The position numbers and the translations under genes are program-made. From positions 96,001-160,000 of the IMG/VR virus record IMGVR_UViG_3300042562_002450: DNA of 64,000 nt. One strand, 5' to 3'. Positions 1-8,127 of this stretch are shown piece after piece. Each line of letters begins with the position of its first letter. Position 1 is the first letter of the stretch. Below the pieces are notes generated by a model. That model did not search any database. It was not told the DNA's origin and was given only the letters and a program-made list of their open reading frames with translations. The DNA is from a virus.

Positions 1-327
1 ATATGGATTGATTCTGCCCTTATCAGTATGCAAGGGAAGCCCATCTCCTTTTGTGTACTTATCTATGCCAAATTGGAATGACTGTATATCATTTTTTATT
101 TGGTCATCTACTGATAACTGGCTAAGTATTAGATCTTTGATCTTAATATCTAAGTCCTTATCTACTTCCATTATCTTGTACTTAATATCTTCACTTGGTT
201 CTTCATCCCCAGCATATTTAAGAGAATCAAGATAATCTACAAAACCTTCTGGAATCTGTATCTTAGTGAAAACAAAGTCATTCTGAACCAAATCAGTATA
301 AGTTATATCTTTCTTTTTAAATAGCAT
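1..327 (-). CDS. 2OG-Fe(II) oxygenase, partial (runs off window start; absent from ORF track)
   Basis: Manual translation from ATG 327 gives 109 open codons, MLFKKKDITY...QFGIDKYTKGDGLPLHTDKGRINPY. KYxxGxxLxxHxD is the HxD strand of prolyl-hydroxylase-like oxygenases. Confidence 0.75.
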   Translation of the reverse strand, partial: MLFKKKDITYTDLVQNDFVFTKIQIPEGFVDYLDSLKYAGDEEPSEDIKYKIMEVDKDLDIKIKDLILSQLSVDDQIKNDIQSFQFGIDKYTKGDGLPLHTDKGRINPY

Positions 328-352
328 AGGTAGTTTCTTCTTTTGTTCTACA

Positions 353-403
353 ATCTTAACATTAAAAAACTAAATTGCAATTCCAAAAATACCAGATTAT
401 AAT
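353..403. promoter_or_regulatory. Divergent sigma70-type promoters sharing a palindromic -35
   Basis: Plus strand: TTGCAA (375-380), 17 nt, TATAAT (398-403). Minus strand: TTGCAA (380-375), 16 nt, TGnTAAGAT (358-353). Confidence 0.55.
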
Positions 404-409
404 CACTAA

Positions 410-949
410 ATGATTACCAAACATGGCACGATACTATATGGACATAAAGTCTTTTCTGATACTTTTTGCTGGAAAGCAATTGACTCGATGACTTCTCAAA
501 ATAAATTAAATAGAGGATATGGAGCAGAATGTTTTGATCTTGATATAACTCAATCCATGATAAGTGAGATAAAGAATGTCTTTACTGAAGCAAGGAAATC
601 TATTGAGATACCTCCATTAATTATAAGAAATAGAGGAGAGGTTCTCAAGTATACTCCAGGTATGAAGCTAGATACTCATTTTGATATTCCATACTGCAAA
701 GATGACTTCTATCCATTCGTAACTGTGATTAACTTAAACGAAGGATATGGAGGAGGTCTTTACTTTGACTGTGCTGATTTAGAAATAGAAGGAATGGGAT
801 CTATCGTAATGACCCCATCTTCTTTTATGTCAACTCACTCAGTAAGAGAAATAACTGGAAAAGATAGATACTCTTTGCTATTGGATATTACATATCCCGA
901 AATGCTTGAAAAGTGTTCTGGAAAAAAAGAAGATTGGATATTTATCTAG
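410..949 (+). CDS. 2OG-Fe(II) oxygenase (prolyl 4-hydroxylase-like)
   Basis: VLKYTPGMKLDTHFD (HxD), VINLNEGYGGGLYF, THSVREITGKDRYS (distal His and RxS). Confidence 0.85.
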   Translation: MITKHGTILYGHKVFSDTFCWKAIDSMTSQNKLNRGYGAECFDLDITQSMISEIKNVFTEARKSIEIPPLIIRNRGEVLKYTPGMKLDTHFDIPYCKDDFYPFVTVINLNEGYGGGLYFDCADLEIEGMGSIVMTPSSFMSTHSVREITGKDRYSLLLDITYPEMLEKCSGKKEDWIFI

Positions 950-1245
950 TCTTTCTTATTCATAATTCTAGTAACTAATGGAATTAAGTATGGTGATACT
1001 TCTATTCCTAATGCTATGATCTGTTCATTAGAAATGCCTGACATTTCTTTTGAAATATTATTAAGTCCTGAGAATCCATCTTTAACTTTTTTTAAGAAAA
1101 TCTTATCTTGTGTTAGTTTAGAATAAACAGAAATAAGGTCTTCAAGATCAGCTCCATCTTCTAGACGATTAAGAGCAAACTCAACAATAGAAACAAGTGC
1201 AATTATTGCTTCTTTTGTATCTTTAGTTCCAATATCAATACTCAT
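946..1245 (-). CDS. Small helical hypothetical protein, likely paralog of 1325..1642
   Basis: 99 aa ORF with GGAG ribosome binding site; amphipathic helical pattern like its neighbour. Confidence 0.6.
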   Translation of the reverse strand: MSIDIGTKDTKEAIIALVSIVEFALNRLEDGADLEDLISVYSKLTQDKIFLKKVKDGFSGLNNISKEMSGISNEQIIALGIEVSPYLIPLVTRIMNKKD

Positions 1246-1260
1246 AAAATCTCCAGAATA

Positions 1261-1285
1261 AAAAAGGGGAAGCCATAGCCTCCCC
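1261..1285 (-). terminator. Rho-independent terminator
   Basis: Minus strand GGGGAGGC-TATG-GCTTCCCC followed by TTTTT. Confidence 0.75.
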
Positions 1286-1324
1286 TCATTATAACATTTA
1301 AATAAGTTTTAGGCTATTAGCCTT

Positions 1325-1642
1325 TTAGCCTTTTACAAGTTTAACAAGCTCTGCAATCCCAACAACTAGATCAAATGATTTCTCAATGATCTCTTCTGTT
1401 CTTTCAGATTTAAGAACAAACTTAGACTTAAGACTAGCAATTAACTCAGCTTTTTGCTCTGGAGTTGCAGAAGCAAGTTCATCTTTCGCAGCTTTAAAAG
1501 CTGAAAGAGCTGGACCGATTTGCATAGCTGGAGCCATGATGTGAGGGATATCCAAGAAGTCAACTTTGTTATCAGCCAAGACTTTGTCTACTGAGTTTGC
1601 AAAAGTAACTGCGAAATTAACGATAGTTTTTAAAGATTCCAT
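1325..1642 (-). CDS. Small helical hypothetical protein
   Basis: 105 aa ORF, strong AAGGAG ribosome binding site, followed by a terminator. Confidence 0.65.
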   Translation of the reverse strand: MESLKTIVNFAVTFANSVDKVLADNKVDFLDIPHIMAPAMQIGPALSAFKAAKDELASATPEQKAELIASLKSKFVLKSERTEEIIEKSFDLVVGIAELVKLVKG

Positions 1643-1789
1643 AGAATTCTCCTTAATTTTTTTAATCTTAAATTAGATTAAAATAAAACATAGTAATAAT
1701 ACTTTTTATTAAAAAGTAAAGCAAGACACATTTTGTCATACTTTCTAATGAATTAATTTTAGGCAATTTGTATATAGCAAGTATAATCA

Positions 1790-1816
1790 ATGGAAGCTCT
1801 TTTATTGAGCTTCCAT
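1790..1816. repeat. Perfect 10 bp inverted repeat (hairpin)
   Basis: ATGGAAGCTC-ttttatt-GAGCTTCCAT, intergenic, downstream of the 632 aa gene. Confidence 0.7.
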
Positions 1817-1818
1817 CT

Positions 1819-1847
1819 ATTCTATCAACTTATTTTTTTTAAATCAA
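1819..1847 (-). promoter_or_regulatory. Sigma70-like promoter with extended -10
   Basis: TTGATT (1847-1842), 17 nt, TAGAAT (1824-1819) preceded by TGA; same elements recur at 22044-22071. Confidence 0.5.
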
Positions 1848-1849
1848 AT

Positions 1850-3748
1850 CTAACTAAGTTTTGTTATATTAATAATTCTAACTTCAACGACTTCGCCTGC
1901 AAGAAGCTGACCGCCTCCATTAGCAGTAAGAGTAAGAACAGAACCTGCGATAGTATAACCAACTCCACCAATGAGCATTGCTCCATCTCTATTAACTAAA
2001 GCATTCATGTATGTAGCACTAGACAAATCTTGAACAGTTCCTCCTGTAAGCTGATCAACAAAGTCAGCTGTAAGATTTAGTGAAGTTGCGCCAGTTGACA
2101 TAGCTTCATGTAATCCTCTTTTTAAATTTACAAGATTAAGAGCTTCTACTTTTGTGTCGACTTCAACTAAAACATCTTCAAGAGAAACAGCAGTAAAGCG
2201 GTCTCCTGCATCATGAACAGAAATTAGAGATGCACCATTACCAAAAGATGCAGATGATAAATCTGCCTTATGTGCAAGATCTAATGCAAATAAATCAGAA
2301 AGATCTGAAGTATGTTGAGCAAGAGTTGCAGTGTGACTAATGATAGTAGCTTCAGCATTATTTATATCTAGCTCTGCAATATCGATATGTTCTCGTGCTT
2401 CTTTCAAAGCTTCTTCCACAGTTAATGCAAGATACAGATTATTGGTATCATGAATACCAATCAATGATGCGCCATTGTTTGAAGCATACATTGCTTCTTG
2501 TGAATTTTGAGAAGTTAAAATAGCTGAATCACGATCAAGAACTTCTTGTGCAATAGATGTAGCAATTGCTGAATTTCTATTAGTAACTTCTAAGGCAATA
2601 GCATCTGATAAATCTGTAGCTGTATCTGTTTTATTCTTTTCTATATTCCCATCAAGTTTTTGAAGACCAGTCTGAACCGAATCTCCAGAAACGATAGTTT
2701 GACCACCAGGGCCAGCAAGGTAGTCATTTGTAATTACAATACTTGTTGCAGTCTCCCAATCAAGATCTCCAAGTTTAAGTGCAGTTTTTGGAGCTCCATC
2801 TTCAATGTGGTAAATAGCTTGAGTCTCTTTATCTTCAGGAGAACCAAGAAGATCTTTGCCAACAATAAAGGTGTCGCCAGCAGTAACTGCTCGTGAAACT
2901 TTTAAATTTATATCTACTTCTGTTTCATCATAATATTTCTTAGTACCAACAATATCTCTAACAATCATTAGCTTAGGTTCTTCTCCTGCTTTAAGAAAAA
3001 CGATGTTTGAACCAACTGGAATATTTGCCACTGTAGCATAATCAGGACCTTGATCATCTTCGAATAAACGAAGATCTCCAGCTCCATAACTAGAGTCAAG
3101 AAGAGTACTTCCATTTGCAGGGATAGAACCACTAGTAAATTTTGTTATGAAATTGACTTTAGATCTCCACTGAAGTGAAGTTGCAGATGATGAAATTGAA
3201 GAATAGATAGCTGCAACAATAGCATCAAGCTGAGCCTTCTGAACAGCTTGATCTCCATTAATGGCTGCAGGTACATTGTTTAAAAACTTATTATTAACAT
3301 TTACATTTCCAGTTAGAGCTCTTGAGCCATCTAACTTGAAAAGAGTATCTGTATCAGCTATGCGATCTGAAGTCTCAGTAGAAATTGCAAGTGCATTCGC
3401 TGCGATATTATCTTCTAATGGCTTGAGGTCAGCATGCTTCTTGTGTGCATAAAAAGATGAGTTAGCAGCATCATAATAAAGAACAGCTCCATAGCCAGCT
3501 GGGATCACTTTTGAAAATGAACCAATTGAAATTGAAATTGGACTTGTAAGGTGAGCATTAGAAATAACGATTTCTTGTCCATCAATTAAATACTGATGTC
3601 CCAATAATGAAGTTATAGATCCAACTGCTGCATCAGACAAAACAAAAATTGTTGCCTGATCTAATATCAACTGACCCCCAGCAAGAGCTGAGGATAGTAC
3701 TTTAACTTTAGGTTTCGCAACGCTTCTAAAGGTTGTCTGAATTGTCAT
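1850..3748 (-). CDS. Fibre/whisker-like virion protein
   Basis: 632 aa; KLDGSRALTGNVNV fibre motif, coiled-coil shaft, two GASLI(G/S)(I/V)HD repeats, C-terminal NRDGxxLxxGxxY beta module. Confidence 0.6.
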   Translation of the reverse strand: MTIQTTFRSVAKPKVKVLSSALAGGQLILDQATIFVLSDAAVGSITSLLGHQYLIDGQEIVISNAHLTSPISISIGSFSKVIPAGYGAVLYYDAANSSFYAHKKHADLKPLEDNIAANALAISTETSDRIADTDTLFKLDGSRALTGNVNVNNKFLNNVPAAINGDQAVQKAQLDAIVAAIYSSISSSATSLQWRSKVNFITKFTSGSIPANGSTLLDSSYGAGDLRLFEDDQGPDYATVANIPVGSNIVFLKAGEEPKLMIVRDIVGTKKYYDETEVDINLKVSRAVTAGDTFIVGKDLLGSPEDKETQAIYHIEDGAPKTALKLGDLDWETATSIVITNDYLAGPGGQTIVSGDSVQTGLQKLDGNIEKNKTDTATDLSDAIALEVTNRNSAIATSIAQEVLDRDSAILTSQNSQEAMYASNNGASLIGIHDTNNLYLALTVEEALKEAREHIDIAELDINNAEATIISHTATLAQHTSDLSDLFALDLAHKADLSSASFGNGASLISVHDAGDRFTAVSLEDVLVEVDTKVEALNLVNLKRGLHEAMSTGATSLNLTADFVDQLTGGTVQDLSSATYMNALVNRDGAMLIGGVGYTIAGSVLTLTANGGGQLLAGEVVEVRIINITKLS

Positions 3749-3810
3749 TATGTCCTCTCAATTTTATTTTTCTTTTTAAGTATAATCTGTTCTATTTATC
3801 TCGTCTAGCA

Positions 3811-5301
3811 TTATGATCTAGAGACTTCTCTCCAGATTCCATCATCAAATGATAATGTAATGCCACCATAATCATTTGTATTCGTATATGTTGTGCTGCC
3901 TTTCAGCAATACTTTTTGAGTTGCAGTCACATTGTTAAAAAGAATAGTAAATGAGTTTGCAGGTACTTTTTTGTAAAGATGGATTATTTGTCCTTCTCTT
4001 CCTTCAATGAATCCTTTAATCTCTATGTTTCCTGCTGTCGTATCAATCATTATTTTAGATTTTTCTTTGACATTAATTTGCTGACCCAAGCCAACTATTG
4101 AATGTGTTGCATTCTCAATCCCAAAGCTTGCAGGCATATGGGTAGAAGCCCTATCTATCTTACCAAGGACTAATTTATCAGTTAATCCAACATCTCCAAC
4201 CGAAACTGTTGAAAGAGTAATAGATGCTCCATAAGTCCCATTTGAGTAATCTTCTTCTGAGGAAACTGAAAATTCAGCTCCAGTTAGGAAGTCAACTCCA
4301 TCATAGCCCTGGAAGCCTTGATTATAGATCTCATGCTGAAGAGGAATTGGAATAGGTACAACACTTGATCCTAATGCTTTTCTTACTATGCTTTGTATAG
4401 GATTATTATCAGAAAAAAGTTTTTCTTCTATTATTGATTGATTCTCAGAAACAAAGAGAATTCCATCTTTATTAAAAAGATGAGTAGCACTACCTTCAAA
4501 TATTAAGTTTAGATTACCAGACACAGAGCTGATACCAGTAGTCGACAAACTAGAGAAAGTCAAAGATGGAGTAGACAAAGAACCTGCAGGTAGAACCATC
4601 TGGTCTGCAAGCAATGTTAATGCGGAACCACTAAGACTTAACTTCTTAGAACCACTAACTCCAAAATGAAGAACTGAATCTACATTATCTTTAAATAAGC
4701 CCGTGGTTGGTTCGGAACTAAATGAGTAGGCAGGGCTTAATGCAGAGCCATTAATTAATCTTAAATTGCTAAGAAGTTTTGTTTCAGTATCTGAGAATAC
4801 AGCTTTTTCTGTTGCTGCCCCAGTAAGACTTGTGATCTTGAAACCTGACAGATCAGAACCAAGAGCCCATAGTAAATTTGGTGCTGATGAGTTTAATATC
4901 TGAAGCTGTGTGCCATTTGCTGCTTTTAATGTAAGGGCTGAAGTTGTTAAATTGAATGGCTCTAAGCCATTTAATACAATAGAGAGTTGATTGCTTCCAA
5001 GTGATGCAATCCCTGCTGTTCCAATACTAAGAGAAGGAACGGCTAAAGTTCCTGTACCTAAACTTATTTTAGACGATACTAGGTTAAGAATATAACCATT
5101 AGAAAAAGAAGCTGGAATAGAACCTAGGCTATACTGATTATTTGCTACAGGAAGAATATCTCTATCTAAGAATAATAGATCCTCATCTGCATCAGCTATG
5201 GCTTTTAAGTGAGCATCGTTTTCAAATAAACTATTAAAATAGTTAAGATCTACAGGTACCCCATTAATTTTTCGAACTAGACTTAAGTCATTGTATGGCA
5301 T
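3811..5301 (-). CDS. Tail fibre-like protein
   Basis: 496 aa; repeated GxxxxPS/A-x-x-F..TG fibre units; C-terminal domain shared with N-terminus of 5933..7198. Confidence 0.6.
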   Translation of the reverse strand: MPYNDLSLVRKINGVPVDLNYFNSLFENDAHLKAIADADEDLLFLDRDILPVANNQYSLGSIPASFSNGYILNLVSSKISLGTGTLAVPSLSIGTAGIASLGSNQLSIVLNGLEPFNLTTSALTLKAANGTQLQILNSSAPNLLWALGSDLSGFKITSLTGAATEKAVFSDTETKLLSNLRLINGSALSPAYSFSSEPTTGLFKDNVDSVLHFGVSGSKKLSLSGSALTLLADQMVLPAGSLSTPSLTFSSLSTTGISSVSGNLNLIFEGSATHLFNKDGILFVSENQSIIEEKLFSDNNPIQSIVRKALGSSVVPIPIPLQHEIYNQGFQGYDGVDFLTGAEFSVSSEEDYSNGTYGASITLSTVSVGDVGLTDKLVLGKIDRASTHMPASFGIENATHSIVGLGQQINVKEKSKIMIDTTAGNIEIKGFIEGREGQIIHLYKKVPANSFTILFNNVTATQKVLLKGSTTYTNTNDYGGITLSFDDGIWREVSRS

Positions 5302-5305
5302 GATC

Positions 5306-5932
5306 TCATCCTACTTTTTGTTTGATTATATCAACTTTCATTTTAACTGTAGAAAAGTCTTCACTAAGCTCTATAGTATTAGTATTTATAATAGTCCATG
5401 TAGAGTCATTACTTGATGATCTGTATCCATTAATGTATACGTCAACTCGACCTTCATTTAATAAGAACTCTGCAGTTATTCTTGTCTTCCCTCCGAAAAC
5501 GATAGGAGGTAATGCTCTAATGGAAGGAATGCTATTGTCTGTATAGACAGTTGCTTCAATCATCGATTGGACATATCCGCTTGTGCCAGAAACTGGAGGA
5601 GCAACAGGAATAGAGCTAACAACACCAGAGGCTCCTGTTAACTTTTTTACTTCAATTGTTTCAGTATCAAGCAAGCCAGGAAAGACTCTAATCACATTAG
5701 AGCCAACAATATCATAGCCTTGACTTTGATGCAGGAATGCTCCATCTCTAAAAATAGAGATTAAGCCAGAATCCTCTAAGCTTATTCCAATCCCATCTCC
5801 AACAAGTTGAGACTGAAGATCTATGTCTGTGTAAGCCATGAAAGATTGAGTAGTTGGTGTTCCGTAAAATTTACCAGTTAGGTATGTATATGCGAAGTAC
5901 TGAGGGAATCCATTAACGACTTTTTGTGTCAT
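5306..5932 (-). CDS. Virion protein with two small beta-sandwich modules
   Basis: 208 aa; IFRDGAFLHQSQGYDIVG and VYINGYRSSSNDSTWTII modules. Confidence 0.5.
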   Translation of the reverse strand: MTQKVVNGFPQYFAYTYLTGKFYGTPTTQSFMAYTDIDLQSQLVGDGIGISLEDSGLISIFRDGAFLHQSQGYDIVGSNVIRVFPGLLDTETIEVKKLTGASGVVSSIPVAPPVSGTSGYVQSMIEATVYTDNSIPSIRALPPIVFGGKTRITAEFLLNEGRVDVYINGYRSSSNDSTWTIINTNTIELSEDFSTVKMKVDIIKQKVG

Positions 5933-7198
5933 TTAAATCACGCATCTAGTTACAACGAGAACTAGTCCTTCTTCTGCTGTCAGCTTGTCTTCTAATGCTC
6001 TTGCAACAACTTGTCCAATAACGCCAGACTCTCCAACTCCAGGAAGATTAGAAAGAACAATAGCATCTCCCTTCTGAATCAAACCAATAACTCTACATGG
6101 TACGCGACCAGCCAAAGCAACATATGGATGTGTATCATCTAAACCAGCATCAACATTCATTTTAAATCCTGGATTCGCAGAAATAATACCAAATGGATTG
6201 AACCCATCTGCGATTGTAATTTCTTTAGCTCCACCAATTTTAACTATTGTTCCTGCTGGGTAAATAGCATCAGCTTCATATCTTTCAGCTAAGTCAGCGT
6301 ATAAAGCACTTGTTGCAGTTCCTATAAACTGACCTGCTGTTCTAACATTCCCTTTTGAATAAATTCCATTAGTAGGAATTAATATTGAATCAGTATCCAG
6401 ATCAGATGACAACAAGCTACTGATTCTTAATTGCTGAGGAGTTGTTCCATCTATTCCAGTTAGTTTGAACACTCCAGAACTTCTTAAATTTGGATTTTGA
6501 AGCTCAAGAGCTCCAGCCTTATGGAAGGTTATTCTTGAAATAGCATCCATTGAAATATCAATTCCATTAACGGTTTTAACGAATCCAGTATCTGAATCAT
6601 TAATAAAAGATATCCCTGGATTAAGAAGAGAACCATCTTGAAATAGTGATGGAACTAACATATTAAATGTTGTCTGGTTATACCAAAACTTTTCAACTCC
6701 TGCTGATGTAAAACCAACATTTCCACTAGATTTTAAATATAATCCAGTAGAGCTATCTGAAGCAAAAGCAATAGATGGACTTCCAACTAATCCATTTGCA
6801 AAAAACCCATTTGTATCTATCTGATACCAGTAAGAGTTTGCACCCTCTACTCTACAGATTAACATTACTCCACCATACTGAGATGAAGCTAGAGTTAAGT
6901 TCTGCTTATTTGCTATTCTTACATTCTGAGTACCAGTACCATGCTGAAGAATAAAAGTATTAGAAAGTGAGGGTTTATAAATTAAAAGAACTTGCCCATC
7001 GACACCGCCAGAGAATCCTGTGATCGTGACGTTTGATAGTGATGTATCGATAACAAGATTACTCTTGCCTCCAACATTAATAATTCCATCTGAAGTAACA
7101 ACCAATGATGGTGTAATCCAAAGGACTGGAGCCTTTAATGAATTTGCATGAATTGGGCCAGTATAATTATCCTGATAATATGCATATGGAAAAGGCAT
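5933..7198 (-). CDS. Tail fibre with C-terminal chaperone/peptidase-G2-like domain
   Basis: 421 aa; GxxxxPxxxFxxDxxTG repeats; TATSALYADLAERY...GIIS.NPG...VALAGRVPCRV C-terminal domain typical of phage fibres. Confidence 0.7.
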   Translation of the reverse strand: MPFPYAYYQDNYTGPIHANSLKAPVLWITPSLVVTSDGIINVGGKSNLVIDTSLSNVTITGFSGGVDGQVLLIYKPSLSNTFILQHGTGTQNVRIANKQNLTLASSQYGGVMLICRVEGANSYWYQIDTNGFFANGLVGSPSIAFASDSSTGLYLKSSGNVGFTSAGVEKFWYNQTTFNMLVPSLFQDGSLLNPGISFINDSDTGFVKTVNGIDISMDAISRITFHKAGALELQNPNLRSSGVFKLTGIDGTTPQQLRISSLLSSDLDTDSILIPTNGIYSKGNVRTAGQFIGTATSALYADLAERYEADAIYPAGTIVKIGGAKEITIADGFNPFGIISANPGFKMNVDAGLDDTHPYVALAGRVPCRVIGLIQKGDAIVLSNLPGVGESGVIGQVVARALEDKLTAEEGLVLVVTRCVI

Positions 7199-8118
7199 TA
7201 CTCTAGCTCCTCAATCACTGAGGCATATAATTTTCCCCCAGCTTTTATGAAAGTGAATCCACTCTGTTTCCCAGCACGAATAAGGGTAAGAGGCAATCCT
7301 CCCTGCCATAGTGCAACAGGAAAAGTTACATTTATATTTGAACCACTATTGTTTTTAATAAAGAAAGTTTTAACTTTCCCATCTTGATCATTGTTAAAAG
7401 TAAATGTTGTATTTGCTGATAGCTCAGAGTAAAAATACTCAGCAGTATTCCAATCAACAATATTTGAAAAGATTTGAAGATATCTTTCATCTAGCTCAAA
7501 CGTAGTTAGTTCTGATTCATCAAAGAAACAGATTCCACCATTTGAGATTAGTTCTATATAAAATTTAACATAACGAGTATTCGGCTTAAGAGACCTTATA
7601 GATGAAGCTGATTCACCAAAAGCTGTAGATTTATAAAAAGAATAAACGTTAGTTGAAACTGGAGTTACAGCATTAGCTACAAATCCTCCATTGGTCCCAA
7701 GATAGACTTGGTCTTCATCGTAACATCTTATTCCAACATTTACAGTTGTTGCTAAATTATTTGCTCCAAAATAAATTTTTGCGGTAGCTCCTCTAGTATC
7801 AGAAACAGGAACAAATCTATTATATTCAAAGATTCCAGTTTCACTAATTTCATATCTTCCTTTACCAATCTTACTTGCACCAAACTGATTATAAGTAAGC
7901 GTTCCTGTTCCGCTAACTCTAGTCCACTTATCAACGAAAAGACCTTTCTTTGACCAGTTAATTAAACCAGGAGACATAGCATCAGGAGATGAATCTTTTA
8001 AACCATTATCAATTGCAATTAGTAAAGCATCTAGACTTACACCAGAAGCATTCGCTAAGTATGGAAGAACTCTCTCCACTCTAATATCAATAACTTCAGC
8101 TTTAGTTGTTAGTGCCAT
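7198..8118 (-). CDS. Fibre-associated protein with carbohydrate-binding-like domain
   Basis: 306 aa; central beta-sandwich similar to C-terminus of 22082..24787; C-terminal VDWNTAEYFYSELSANTTFTF..WQGG domain. Confidence 0.55.
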   Translation of the reverse strand: MALTTKAEVIDIRVERVLPYLANASGVSLDALLIAIDNGLKDSSPDAMSPGLINWSKKGLFVDKWTRVSGTGTLTYNQFGASKIGKGRYEISETGIFEYNRFVPVSDTRGATAKIYFGANNLATTVNVGIRCYDEDQVYLGTNGGFVANAVTPVSTNVYSFYKSTAFGESASSIRSLKPNTRYVKFYIELISNGGICFFDESELTTFELDERYLQIFSNIVDWNTAEYFYSELSANTTFTFNNDQDGKVKTFFIKNNSGSNINVTFPVALWQGGLPLTLIRAGKQSGFTFIKAGGKLYASVIEELE

Positions 8119-8127
8119 CTTTTAATC

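Noticed and set aside
946-949. Convergent genes sharing palindromic stops (CTAG here, TTAA at 40584-40587)
   Set aside because: Common result of genome compaction.
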